Assembly (NCBI RefSeq): GCF_902713615.1
Contig: NC_052162.1
Coordinates: forward strand, 113,920,226-113,984,225
Direction of reading: 5' to 3'
Source of the DNA: Scyliorhinus canicula
Taxonomy: Eukaryota
Length of the DNA stretch: 64,000 bases
The translations under genes were made by a program, and so were the position numbers. Position 1 is the first letter of the stretch. Each line of letters opens with the position of its first letter. The notes under the pieces were generated by a model that saw nothing but the letters and a program-made list of their open reading frames with translations, was not told the origin of the DNA and made no database searches. Below, piece after piece: positions 1 through 12,727 of this stretch.

Positions 1-16
1 ACAAGTTCACAAGTGA
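1..16 (+). CDS. 3' end of a C2H2 ZNF gene starting upstream of the window (..QVHK*)
   Basis: CAA GTT CAC AAG TGA matches the end of the other ZNF ORFs and is followed by the same 3' module (17-460) seen after the stops at 9607 and 58860. Confidence 0.8.
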
Positions 17-464
17 TTACGGGGGCTATTGCTGTTATTGTTTCTGCTCTCAGTTACATCCGGGACTGCATTTTATTCATTCTGTCAGTTAATCAATGGG
101 GAGGGCCGTAGGGTTTTGTTCTGCTCAGCTTGACAGTCTCATGGCTTTGCCTCCAGAGGGCTGATGCTCTTTGAGCCTTGTTGCGACTACCTTGGTTCAA
201 ATTTCACAAGGATCACAGAGTGGAGGGGTGTTTGGAAGTGAGAAGATATTCAGTTTGCATTTCTGTTTGGATCCCCCTAAATCCTGCCACATTGCCATGA
301 AGATGGGCATTGGTGGTTATATGTTTTTGTTTAATTTATCTGGGTGAACACCCAATCAGGGTATGAGGGGCAAATTGTCTGGGGTGGACTGGGAAACTGC
401 ATTAAATGGTATGATGGGAGACAGGCAATAGCTAATATTTAATGAATTATTATATCTCTATGGA

Positions 465-645
465 GGGGTCAGTTAGCTCAGTTGGCTGGATGGCTGGTTC
501 ATGATGCAGAGTGACTCCAATAGCCGGGGTTCAACTGTCACTCTGGCTGAGGTTATCCACGAAGGGTCCACCTTCTCAACATTGCCCCTCGCCTGAGGTG
601 TGGTGACCCTCAGGTTAAACCACCAGTCATCTCTCTCACTCTCTC
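465..645 (+). mobile_element. tRNA-derived SINE
   Basis: A-box-like TTAGCTCAGTTGG and B-box-like GGTTCAA; family copies at about 8470-8697 (-) and 13850-14083 (-). Confidence 0.7.
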
Positions 646-2170
646 TCTGATATCTTCAGTCTGGATAGGCCCAGTGGATCAGGCTATTCTGGGTCTGGAT
701 AATTTATCCCAATTGAATTTTCTCTTGAGCTTTGGGAATGGGAAAGTAACATGGTCAATCAGATCCATCAGGAAAGATCAGCTTTATGAATATCCAATGT
801 GGCAATGGATAAGAATGATTGTGGCCTATTACAGATGGAACCAGCATCATTCACTGGTAATGTTCCACCGTGTACCAAACAATACCCATTGACCCGTCCA
901 CAACCGAAGGGATTTTACCCACAGTAGAGCAACTGGAGGAAAGAGGACTGTTAATTAACACGCAGTTCATCAAATAGTCCAGTTTGGCAAATGGTACATG
1001 GCGTCTGACCATTGACTACTGAAAGGCAAACCTATATCAACTGGTATCCACCTGTGTTCTACTGAAAGTCTGGAATGTTTAGATGGGATGAATAAATTGA
1101 TCACTTTCTCCTGGAAATATTTACATCCTGGACCATGAACTTTTTAAAAAGAATTCCACATTTGAAAGCCCGGCCACGACATGAAATGTCAGCACCATAA
1201 CAGGGCAGATAAGACAGACACTCACTTTGATCTTTTCATCAGAGCATCTGAGAGTTATGAATATGTGACATGATTTTGGGATCCCGGTGTGGGTGTGCAG
1301 TTGTGATCTGTTACATGTGAAAAATAACAAGCCTAAATTCATGGTGAAATGGACTGAAGACTGGGTCCCAAACACACACAGCTACTGGAGACACAGCAGG
1401 AGATGAAATGGTTAATCTGGCCAGGGGATTGAGACACCATTGTGACATCATCAAGACACTGACACACACTCCAGAGAGAAACTGACTTTAAAACAATCCG
1501 GATAGAATTAAACACACTGGACATGGGCAAAGTGGGAGTGAAATTAAAGCGATAATGGGACAATGAAGGGCTTGGAAGAAATAATACTGAGTAAGAACTG
1601 TCCACAAATTGGCCATGGTAAAGAGGGAGGTGGAGAATCTTTTACATCCATGCTTGATCTGTTGCTTGAAGCATCTGTCCTTATGTACCAGTAACCTAGA
1701 ATTCACCGCACAGGAAGAAAATATGGAGTAGATGTTACCCCTAGCAGAGCCATGAACAGAACTGGATAATAATGGAGTGAAATTGTGTGCGGATTTGTAG
1801 AGAGAGTTTTGTCAATTCTTAATGGGATGTGGGAGTTGCTGGATCAGAATTTATTGCCCTTGAACTGAGTGGCTTGCTCGGACACTTCATATTTTAACTG
1901 GGTCTCTCCTATTTCTAGTCTCTGCCACAAGGGAAACATTCTCTCAGCATTCTCTCTGTCAATCCCACTAAGGATCTCGCCTGTTTCAATAAGATCATCT
2001 CTCATTCTTCTCAGCTGCAATGGACACGAGCACAACCTGTCAAACCTTTCCCCAGAGGATAACCCCCTCATTCCATGAATCCGGGGAGTCAACCTCCTCT
2101 GAACTGCTTCTGATGCAATTATCTAATTTCTGAAATAAGGAGACCCAAACTGTACACAGTGCTCGAAATA

Positions 2171-2341
2171 TAGGCTGGGATTCTCTGTCCTGCGGTGTGC
2201 CCCTTCCAGCAGTGGAATTCTCCATCCTGCCAGAGGACCACTGGGATTTCCCATTGTTGCCAGCCCCACGTCGTCTGGAAATTCCCAGGCGTGAGTTCGC
2301 TGCCGGTGCAATGGAGAATCCAGTCAGTGGAGATCCAGCCC
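2171..2341. mobile_element. MITE with GGGCTGGATTCTCC-type TIRs
   Basis: Ends ggctgggattctc...gagatccagccc, preceded by TA; related copies at 3333-3502 and 8855-9302. Confidence 0.7.
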
Positions 2342-2457
2342 ATGGTCTCACCACGGCCCTGCACAACTGCAGCAAAACACCCCAACTTTTATATTCCAGT
2401 CTCTTTGCAATAGACAACAATATTCCATTCACCTTCCTAATCACTTGCTGTACCGGC

Positions 2458-3602
2458 TGTAAGGCCTTTCCTTTTCATTCCCTTATTTCCCCTTTCATTT
2501 ATTTTTGCTGTTACATTTTTAATTCATGGATGATTAATGGACATGTCACTTTAAGGCACGCAGCCTGTATCTTTAATTCAAACAGAAGAATCCAGGCGTC
2601 TGTGCTGGTTTTAACTGGAGCTGCAGACCTTTCGGCACCAGTGTGAGAATTGGGGTTGGGACTCGGTTTGATTGATTGGCTGGTGGCCAATGAATTGGCC
2701 CAAAAGGCTGTGCTCCTCGGTAACGGGCGGTGATTGGATCCTGTCCCACTGGGATGCTTTTCAGAGTCCCAAGCTTTCAGTTTGATTCTAGCAGCACAAG
2801 AGGCAGAACTGACTAACTCTGTCTCCAGAAGGACGCTCTGAGTGATATCTCTCTTCCCAGATAGCCTGTGGCTGCTGTATTCCTGAAACCATGGAGACCC
2901 CAATACAAACCACAAACTGAAAGAAAAGTTTGAGCAGAGGTGAGGTGCATCTGCAGAAAAGTGTGAGTACTGCATTTCTAAACTACAGAGAACCCGAACA
3001 AATTAATCTACAGAGAAGATCACTACAGGCTGTAAACTAAAGACTTTAATCTGCAAGCTTGCTGTGAAGAAAAGTGCAGTAAAAAGCATCATCTGAAAAA
3101 ATAATTTCTTTCACTTATGATTTTATCCCTTTCCACCCCTCTGTGTTTGTCTGTCTATGTGTGTGTATAGAGGCTGGGGCAGGTTAAAGTGGGAAATTAG
3201 GAATTGGCTTATAGTTAACCAGTTGTGTTTGCTGCATATTTTATTATTGTTCTTGTTATAAATAAACAGTAATTGTGTTTACATTTACAACTATGGAGAC
3301 TGATTATTGGGCAGCCGAGGGGAAAGACATAGGGGGCTGGATTCGCCGTCCTGCTGTGCCAGATTTTTGGTTCAGTATGCCGTCAGGATTCTCCGTTTCG
3401 CCAGATGGTCAATGGGGTTTCCCATTGTGGGCCAGCAGACCCACGCTGCCGGGAAACACCCAGGCTGCCGGCGTAGCATTCCGGCGGCGGAGAATCCCGC
3501 CCAGGGTATTTTTATGAGAATTATTGGTTAATTCACTTGTGCTGTGACTCCGGGGCACGTGGAGCTGGAATTGACCGCGCACAAGCCCAGAGTGTGGGAA
3601 CA
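2458..3602 (+). mobile_element. Solo LTR (Gypsy-like) containing a MITE
   Basis: TGTAAGG...GGAACA termini, AATAAA near 3261, flanks CGGC/CGAC; both ends homologous to 36885-38453 (-). Confidence 0.75.
3333..3502. mobile_element. MITE, same family as 2171-2341
   Basis: TIR gggctggattcgccg...cggagaatcccgccc. Confidence 0.7.
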
Positions 3603-4340
3603 CGACAAACTAACTTGTGATTCCTGTACCAGGACACTCAGATCCCTCTGTACCTCAGAGTTATGTAATCTCTCTCCATTTAAATAATGTTCTATTTAAT
3701 CCTTCCTGCCAAAGTTGACACATTCACATTTTCCCAAGTTATGCTTCAGCTGTCAATTTGTTCCCACTCACTTAATCTATTTGTTGCTGTTTGCATTTTC
3801 CTGAAGAGCACTTGAAAAATTAATTTTCAACCCCACTTTGTGTTTTCAACCCCGCTTTGTGTCATCAGCAAATTTAACTGCATCCAACTCATTAATATAG
3901 ATTGTAAATAGTTGAGAGCCCAGCACTGATCCTTGTGATATCCACTTGTCACATCTTAGTAACCCAAACATGACCCATTTATACCCACTCTCTGCTTCCT
4001 GTGAGCTAACCAATCCTCTATCCCTGCTGATATGTTGCCCTCTACACCATGAGCTCTTATGTTGTGCAGTGATCTTTGATGTGGCACCTTGGGAAATACC
4101 TTCTAGAAATCTAAATAAACCACATCTGCAGGTTCCTCTTTATTGACATCCCATGTGACTCCCTCAAGGAGCCTTAATAAATGAGTCAATCAAAATTGAC
4201 TTCCTGAACCCCATTTTGTCTGTCAAAAGACAAATCACATCTCCTCTACTCCTCTGGCTCCTTTGCCAATCTTCTTAGCGGGACTCACTTTCTGTTAAAG
4301 ATCCTGCCAACCCCTCTCACCCACTTTCCCTGAACTACAT

Positions 4341-4769
4341 TGAGGAAATGAACAAAAGGGGATGGCACTGAAGCATTGTGGGTAGTCAGGCTAAGTCAGG
4401 AGTATCATGGTGAGGGGGATGGGTGATCACAGGGGCCTCAGGCAAAAGGAATGTGAGGGCAGCCTATTGGGACCAGTAATTGCTAAGATTACCTTATATG
4501 GCTAGGTTAAGGAATGTAAGGGAACCTATGGAAACCCTACAATTGCCAAGTTACCTTATTTGGTCGGGTGTGTAACCTCATTTTTCTATAACCAATGTAT
4601 TTGAGACAAAGTCTTTTGTTCTGTGCCTCACTCACTCTGGGGACTCGACAAGACTCTGGCGGAGTGAGTCAACTTGCAAGACGCGTAAATAAACTAAAGT
4701 GTTTACCCACAATCCGACTTAGTATATTTACTAAGATCAGACTGAGGGCAAAAAGAACTCGAATTCTCA
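4341..4769 (+). mobile_element. Solo LTR, 429 bp
   Basis: TGAG...CTCA termini, perfect ACAT TSD (4337-4340, 4770-4773), AATAAA; empty site in the paralogous module near 35995. Confidence 0.8.
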
Positions 4770-5029
4770 ACATCAATCTAATCATGAAAAATCCAGCAAA
4801 ATCAAATAGTTTTACTGTTAATTGTTTATTAATGATACAACATGGTTAAAAAAACAAACAGAAAATTACTTGAGGATAAATAGCAAGCAGAGTAAAAGGA
4901 TGTTCACAATGTTCAGTACCCAAATGGTTTCTCGGTTCCCATGATGCCCCATTTTGGATACAGGCACTGAATACCGGGGGTCACGTCACTACCAGCCCTG
5001 GTCACCCCCTCCTGTGTCCTAATTGGTTG

Positions 5030-8000
5030 GAGGCAAATGTCACCCCACTGTTCAGGAAGGGAGGGAGAGAGAAGACGGTGAACTACAAACCTGTTAGCCT
5101 GACATCAGTATTGGGAAAATACCAGAATCTATTATAGAGGATGTGATAAATGGAGACCTGGATAAGAATAGTCAACATGGATTTAGGAAGAGGAAATAAT
5201 GTTTGATGAACCATTTGGGGTTTTTGAGGATGTTACTGTCAGAATTGATAAAGGGGCGTCTGTGGATGGAGTACACTTGGATTTTCAGAAAGCTTTTGAT
5301 AAACACCCCACAGGAGCTCAGAGAATCAACAATCCCGACAGTGCAGGAGGCCATTTGGCCCATCAAGTCTGCACCGACCCTGTGAAAGAGCACCGTATCG
5401 AGACACAATTTCCTGCCTGTCCCCGTAACCCCACCAAGGGACAATTTAGAATGGTCAATCCACCAATCCTGCACACCTTGGGACTGTGGGAGGAAACCAA
5501 CGCAGACACGGGAAGAATATGCAAACTCCACACAGACAGTTGCCTGAGGTTGGAATTGAACCCAGGAGTCTGGCGCGGTGAGGCGTTGTGCTAACCACTG
5601 TGTCGCCAGAGGTCAGTTAGCAAAATGAAAACACATGGGAGAGGAGGTAATATACTGGCATGGATTGAGGATTGGCTAACAGGCAGAAAACAGAGAGGAG
5701 GAATAAATGGATGAAAGCAAATTACTGCGGATGCTGGAATCTGAAACCAAAAAGAAAATGCTGGAAAATCTCAGCAGGTCTGGCAGCTTCTGTAGGGAAA
5801 GAAAAGAGCTCAAGTTTCAAGTCCAGATGACCCTTTGTCAAATAAATAAATGGGTCATTCTCACCTTGGCAGGTTGGGACTAGTGGGTACCACAAGGATC
5901 AGTACTTGGGCCCCAGCTGCTCACAGTTTATACAATGATTTGGATGTGGGGCCAATGTAACATTTCCAAGAATGTTGATGACACAAAGCTCGGTGGGAAT
6001 GTGTGTTGTGAGGAAGATGTAAAACGGCTACAGGAGGCTTTGGACTGACTTATTGAGTAGGCAAGGACATGGCAGATGGAATATAATGTGGAAAAATGTA
6101 AGATTATCACTTTGGTAGGAGGAACAGATGAGCAGAAAATTTCTTAAATGGTCAGAGATTAGAAAGTGTAGATGTACAAAGGGACCTGGGTGTCCTGTCA
6201 ATAAGTCACTGAAGGCTAACATACAGGTGCAGCAAGTTATTAGGAAGGCTGATGGGATGTTGGTCTTAATCATAAGAGGATTTGAGTACAGGAGTAGTGA
6301 AGACTTGCTTCAATAGTACAGAACCTTGGTTATACCACAGCTGGAGTACTGTGTGCAGTTTTACTGCCCTTACCTGAGGAAAGGTATTATTGCCACAGAG
6401 GGAGGGTAATGAAGGTTCACCAGACTTGTTCTGGGGATGGGAGGACTGTCCTATGAAGAGAGATTGGGGAAACATGGCCTGTATTCTCTCGAGTTTTAAA
6501 CAATGAGAGGGGATCTCATTGAAACCTACAAAATACTTCAAGGACTTAACAGGGTGGGTGCAGGTGAGATGTTTCCCCTGTTGGAGAGTCTGGAACCAGG
6601 GGACACAATTTCAAAATAAAGGGGAAGTCACTTAGGACCGATCTCAGAGGAGACATTTCTTTACTCAGAGGGTTGTGAATCTTTGGAATTCTCTACCCCA
6701 GGGGGCTGTAGAAGCTCAGTCACTGAGCGTGTTTAAAGCAGAGACTGACAGGTTTCTAAATCCCAATAACACAAAGGGATATGGGGATAGTGTGGGGAAA
6801 AGCATTGAAGTGGGTAATCAGCCATGATCGTATTGAATGGTGGAATAGGCTCGATGGGCTGAATGGCCAACGCCTGCTCCTATATTCCAATGATCAAAGA
6901 CATGTAGGAAACTAAATTGTGAAGGGGATAGAAGGAGGTTACAAAGCGATATAGATAAGTTAACAGAGTGGGAAAAGAGTGCAAACAGTGTATAATGTGG
7001 GAAAATGTGAAATTGTCCATTTTGGCACAAAGAATAAAAAAGCTTATTATCTAAATGGTGAGAAATTGCAGAGCTCTGAGACTCAGAGGGATCTGGGTGT
7101 CCAAGAGCATGAATCACAAAAGGCGAGTATACAGGTACAGCAAGTAATTAGGAAAGCTAATAGAATGTTATTGTTTATTGTGAGGGGAATTGAATACAAA
7201 AGTAGGGAGGTGATGCTTCAGTTATACAGGACATTAGTGAGACCACATCTGGAGCACTGTGTACATTATGGCTCTCATTTCAGGAATGATGTCAATGTGT
7301 TGGAAGCAGTTCAGAGAAGGTTTACTGGACTCATACCTGGAATTGGAGGCTGGTCTTATGAGGAATGATTGGACAGGCTGGGCTTGTGTCCGATGGAGTT
7401 TAGGTGACTTGATTGAACTGTATAAGATCCTGAGGGGTCTTGACAGGGTGGATGTGGAAAGGATGTTTCCTCTTGTGGGAGAAACTAGAAATTGGAGTCA
7501 CTTTAAAAGTAATAACTTGCCCATTTAAGGCAGAGGAGAACTTTTTTCTCTCCGAGGATTGGGAGTCTTTGGAACTCTCTTCCTCAAAGGGCAGTGGAAG
7601 AAGAGTCTTTGAATATTTTGAAGGCAGAGATGGATAGGTTCTTGATAGGCATGGGGGATGAAAGGTTTTCAGGAGGTCAGCTGGAATGTGGAGTTGAGGT
7701 TACAATTAGATCAGTTGTAAACATATTGAATGGTGGAGCAGGCTTGAGGGGCCGAGTGGCCTTCTCCACCTTCTGATGTCAGGCTAATGGGTCTGTGGTT
7801 CCCCCATTTTCTCCCTCCCCCCTTAAATAGTGGGGTTACATTTACCACCTTCCAATCTGCAGGAACCATTCCAGAATCTATAGAATTTTGAAAGATGATC
7901 ACCAATGTATCCACTGTCTCTACAGCCGCCTCTTTCAACACTCTGGGGTGTAGAGCATCAGCTTTTGGGGATTTATAACTTTCAACCACATTAATTTCTT

Positions 8001-8460
8001 CAGAACTACTTTCTCACTAATACTAATCTCTTTCAGTTCCTCGTGCTCACTAATTCCTTGCTTCTCCAGTGTTTTAGGGACAATTTCATCCGTATAGAGA
8101 CACACATTGTTTAGTTTCTCTGTCATTTCCTTATTCCCCATTATAAACTCTCCTGTCTCTGCCTGGAATGGACCCACATTGGTCTTTGCTAATCTTTTCC
8201 TTTTCACATTCCTATAGGAGCTTTTCCAGTCGGTTTTTATGTTTCTCGCCAGATTGCTCTCATATTCTATTTTCTCTTGATCAGTTTATTGATCCTCCTT
8301 TGCTGAATTCTAAAACAAGTTCCCAATCCTCAAGCTTGCTAATAGTTTGGCCACTTTATGAGCCTCTTCCTTTGATCTCATGGAATCATTAATTTTTCTT
8401 GTTAGCCACAGTGGCATCACCATTGGATTTTTGTTCCCTGAAGGAATCTATATTTGTTGT
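5030..8460. mobile_element. Stack of degraded CR1 LINE ORF2 fragments (+ to about 7770, - from about 7770 to 8460), with a SINE (about 5325-5610) and a Penelope tail (about 5715-5845)
   Basis: ORFs with LDFQKAFDK, LYRTLVRPHLEHC, DALHPRVLKE motifs. Confidence 0.85.
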
Positions 8461-8854
8461 ATGTATGTGAAATGAAAGTTGCCAAAGGACCAGAGGACCA
8501 CAGGCTGATCTCCTCTTCGAGAGCGAGAGAGATGACTGGTGGTTAACCTGAGGGTCACCACACCTCAGGCGAGGGGCAATGTTGAGACGGTGGACCCTTC
8601 ATGGATAACCTCAGTCAGTGTGACAGTTGAACCCCGGCTATTGGAGTCATTCCGCATCATGAACCAACCATCCAGCCAACTGAGCTAACTGACCCTCCTG
8701 TAGATATATAATAATTCATTAAATATTAGCTATTGCTTGTCTCCCATCATACCATTTAATGTGGTTTCCCAGTCCCCGTCAGACAACTTGTCCCTCCTAC
8801 CCTGATAGTTTTCTTCTGTGGGAAACACCCAGATAAATTAAACAAAAAAAACAT

Positions 8855-9302
8855 GGGCTGGATTCTCTGATGCTGCGACAACCAAAACGTCAGCCCCCCC
8901 TCCACCGATGCTCTGTCCGGCGGGGGGTTAGCAGCTGCGCCACATAAAGCCCCCGGCATTACCTGCCGATACGGATGCAGAATGGCCGGGTCTGTGGCCT
9001 GCATGTGGCCGCTTCCAGCAGCCGCGCTGCATAACATGGTGCCGGCCACGCATGGACACGGCCTGCCAAAAACAGCCCCCTGTAACCCCCTCCCTCACAA
9101 CCGCCGGACTACCCCCCAACAATCCCCCCAGCCAGTGAAATGGCTCCCCCCCTCCCCCGACAATGGCAGTGCTTGAGTCCGCCATTTGTGAGGGGGCAGA
9201 GCATCAGAAAAATGGCACTGCCACCCAATTTCGGGGTAAAAATGGATTCTGCGCACGATCGCTGAATGCATTTTCGCCGTCGGCAATGGGAGAATCCAGC
9301 CC
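8855..9302. mobile_element. MITE, longer member, inserted in the ZNF 3' module
   Basis: TIR gggctggattctc...gagaatccagccc; absent from the paralogous module near 320. Confidence 0.8.
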
Positions 9303-9606
9303 GAAAGAACTACCAGGGCCCATCTTCATGGCAATGTGGCATGATTTTGGAGGAACCAAACAGAAATGAAAACTGAATACCGTCTCACTTCCAAACACCC
9401 CTTCACCCCTTGTGAAATTTGAAACCAGATATTCGCAACAAGGCTCGAAGAGCTTCAACCCACTGAAGGGAAAGCTATGAAACCAGCCAGTCCGGCAGAA
9501 AGAAACCCATCACCCATCCTCATTGACCAACTGACAGAATGAACAAAATGCAGTCCTGGGTGTAACTGAGAGCAGAAACAATCACAGCAGAATCCAACCC
9601 CTATAA

Positions 9607-10533
9607 TCACTTGTGAACTTGTTGGTGTCTCAGCAGGCGCGATGAATAATGGTTTCCCTTCCCACACTGAGAGCAGATGAACGGCCTCTACCCAGTGTGA
9701 ACTCGCTGATGTGTCTGCAGGTGGGATGGATCACTCAATGCCTTCCCCTACTCAGAGCACGTGATTGCTTTGTCCCCAGTGTGAACTTGCTGGTGTCTCT
9801 TCAGGTTCGATAAGTCAGTGAATGCCTTCCCACACTGAGAGCAGGTGAATGGCCTCTCCCCAGTGTGAACTCGTTGGTGTGACTTCAGTCTGGGTAACCG
9901 AGTAAATCTCTTCCCACACTGAGAGCAGATGAACGGCCTCTCCCCAGTGTGGACTCGCTGGTGTCTCAATAGGTGGGATGAATCTCTGAATCCCTTCCCA
10001 CACTGAGAGCAGGTGAATGGCCTCTCCCCGGTGTGAACTCGCTGGTGAACCCGCAGAGTGGATAACTGACTGAATCCATTCCCGCACTGAGGGCAGGTGA
10101 ACGGCTTCTCCCCAGTGTGAACTCGCTGATGTTTCTTCAGGCTGGATAATTGAGTGAATCCCTTCCCACACTGAGAGCAGGGGAATGGCCTCTCTCCAGT
10201 GTGAACTCGCTGGTGTGACTTCAGGTTAGATAACTGAGTGAATCCCTTCCCACAGTGAGAACAGGTGAACGGCCTCTCTTCAGTGTGAACTCGCTGGTGG
10301 GACTTCAGGCTGGAGATTTGAGTGAATCCTTTCCCACACTGAGGGCAGGTGAACGGCTTCTCCCCAGTGTGAACTCGCTGGTGTTTTTTCAGGCTGGAAC
10401 ACAGAGTAAATCCCTTCTCACACTGAGAGCAGGTGAATGGCCTCTCCCCAGTGTGAATGCGTCGATGAATCTCCAGCTGAGATGGGATTCTGAATCTCTT
10501 CCCACAGTCCCCACATTTCCACCATTTCTCCAG
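9607..10533 (-). pseudogene. C2H2 ZNF gene A: 11 finger units, ATG changed to CTG, premature stops in fingers 10-11
   Basis: 927 nt = 11x84+3; reads [10 protein letters not shown] where paralogs read [10 protein letters not shown]; TAG at 9748-9750 and a second TAG in the last HTGE linker; 9 fingers still in frame. Confidence 0.85.
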
Positions 10534-11299
10534 GGTGGGGGTGTCCTTGTGTCTCTCCAGGTTTGTTGATTAGTTGAAGCCTCGTCCACACACAGAACAC
10601 GTATACGGTCTCTCCCCGCTGTGACTTGTGTGATGTTTTTTCAGGCTTTGTAGCAGGTTAAAGCTCTTTCCACAGTCAGTGCTCTGGAACACTCTCGTCT
10701 TGGTGCTTTTCCAGTCACACTGATGTTTAAAATCTTTTGATGCTGACAGATCCGGCAAACATTTCTCCTTTTAGATTCAAAGGCCGAATACTCAGATCCC
10801 AAGGTATCAAGTGATTCTGTAAGACCGAGACGTGACAATTGAGATTTCAGTCTGTAATTCCTCCTCTTGTAATATCTGTAAAAGGAATTTACAAAAGTCA
10901 GCACTCAGTCCAGGATAGAAATTCAGAACAGATAATTCTAGTTTCTCTGGAACATTCCTTCCTCTCATCCCCCAATCCCTCATCTCCAATACCTATTCCC
11001 CATACCTGTTATAATTTCCACGACATCAGGGATTCTATAATTAGGGGAACTGATAACATCCTTTGGAAGCAGGACGGAGAGTCCCACAGGGTATGTTGCC
11101 TGCCCGGTGCCAGGGTGATGATCATAACTTGCCAGAAGTCCCGACAAAATTAATAGTCGATAGAGGTCAGGGATTTAATACAATTAACATAGCTATACCA
11201 TCACTAACTAGGAAACTAATGGAATTAAAGAGTGACAAATCCCCAGGACCTGAAGGTTTCTAAGCGAGGGGGTTAAAGGAAGTCGGAGAGCACATTGTA

Positions 11300-12725
11300 C
11301 AGGGCAGACCCGGGGGTGAAGAGGGGCACATGGGACGGTTTTTAGATGAACTAGTTTCCACATTTGGAGGAAGAGAAGAGGCAGGCACTAGGGAAGCTCA
11401 TGGGGCTGAGTAAGGTATTGGATAGCAGAAGGGTTATGAAGTCGGGGAACGCCCCAGGGCTCGATGGCTACCCAGCGGAATTTTATAAGGGGTTTGCGAC
11501 AATCCTGGCACCACAGCTCTTAGCGGAGGTCAATGAGGCATTGCTCCAGGTGTCCATGGATGAGAAGGCATTCGACCGGATGGAGTGGCGGTTCCTGTTG
11601 GAGGTTCTGGGAAGGTTCGGGTTTGGGCCAAGGTTTGTGATATGGGTGCCTGTTATATGTGGCACCGCAGGCGAGTGTGCGGACCAATGACATGGGTTCA
11701 TGGAACTTTGAGTGCACAGGGGAACAAGGCAGGAGTTCCCGCTGTCGCCACTGCTATTTGTGCTGGCCGTAGAGCCTCTGGCAATGGCTCTTATGGGATC
11801 GGCTGAGTGGCAAGGGATTCCAGAAGGACGTAGGGAGCATCGGGTGTCGCTATACACCGAAGATCTACTATTGTATGTTTCTGACCTGCTGGAGAGCATG
11901 GAGAGGATCATGGGACTGTTGGGGAAGTTTGGGGTGTTCTCAGGATACAAGTTAAATGTAGGGAAAAGTGAAGTGTTCCCGGTGAACGAGTTGGGTCAGT
12001 GAGGCAATCTAGGGGGCATGCCATTTAAGCTGGCCAGAGACAGATTCAGATACATAGGGATTCAGGTAGTGAGGGAAAGGGTAATGCTACACGCTGCACT
12101 TGACTTTGGCAGGGAAGGTCCAAGTGGTGAACATGAACATTCTGCCGAGATTCATATTCCAGACACTCCTGATCTTTGTACCGAAGGCCTTCTTTCGAAA
12201 ACTGGATATGATTATTTCAGACTTTATATGGGCAGGGAAGGTGACAAGGGTTAAGACCCTGTTGCAGAGACAGAGGCAAGAAGGGAGGGTTGGCATTGCC
12301 AAACCTGCTACATTATTACTGGGCGTGAATGTGGAGAAGGTGAGGCTGTGGTGGGAAGGAGAAGGGGTAGGACAGATGTGGATGGAGGAAGAATCCTGTC
12401 GGGAGTCCAGCTTGAGGACTATGGTGACGGCGGCACAGCCAATGGCGCCAAGGAAACACTCGGAGAGTCCTGTCGTGTAGTCCATGGTGAAGATCTGGAA
12501 CCAGCTGAGGAGGCACTTTAGGATAATGGGGATGTCGGTGTTAAGCCATTGTGAAAAAACCACGGTTTTCAGCTGGGGAGGATAGATGGCATGTACAGGA
12601 AGTGGAGAGAAGTGGGGTTGGTTAAGGTGAGGGATCTGTACCTGGAAGAAGGGTTTGCCAGTATAGAGGAACGAAGGAGAGGTTAGAGCTCCCAAGAGGA
12701 AGTAAGTTTAGGTACCTGCAGGTAC
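11300..12725 (+). mobile_element. Degraded L1/Tx1 ORF2 (RT) fragment with internal deletions, in the ZNF A intron
   Basis: APGLDGYPAEFY, DEKAFDRMEW, RGTRQEFPLSPLLF, SLYTEDLLLY motifs. Confidence 0.85.
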
Positions 12726-12727
12726 CT

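Larger units (their letters stand above)
1815..4200 (-). mobile_element. Degraded CR1/HER1 LINE ORF2 3' part, interrupted by a MITE and a solo LTR
   Basis: Minus ORFs with CR1 C-terminal motifs (IRKVNGILLSIAKRLEYKS, LRRMRDDLIET). Confidence 0.8.

Noticed and set aside
465-545. tRNA genes at SINE heads
   Set aside because: No complete cloverleaf; continuous with SINE bodies
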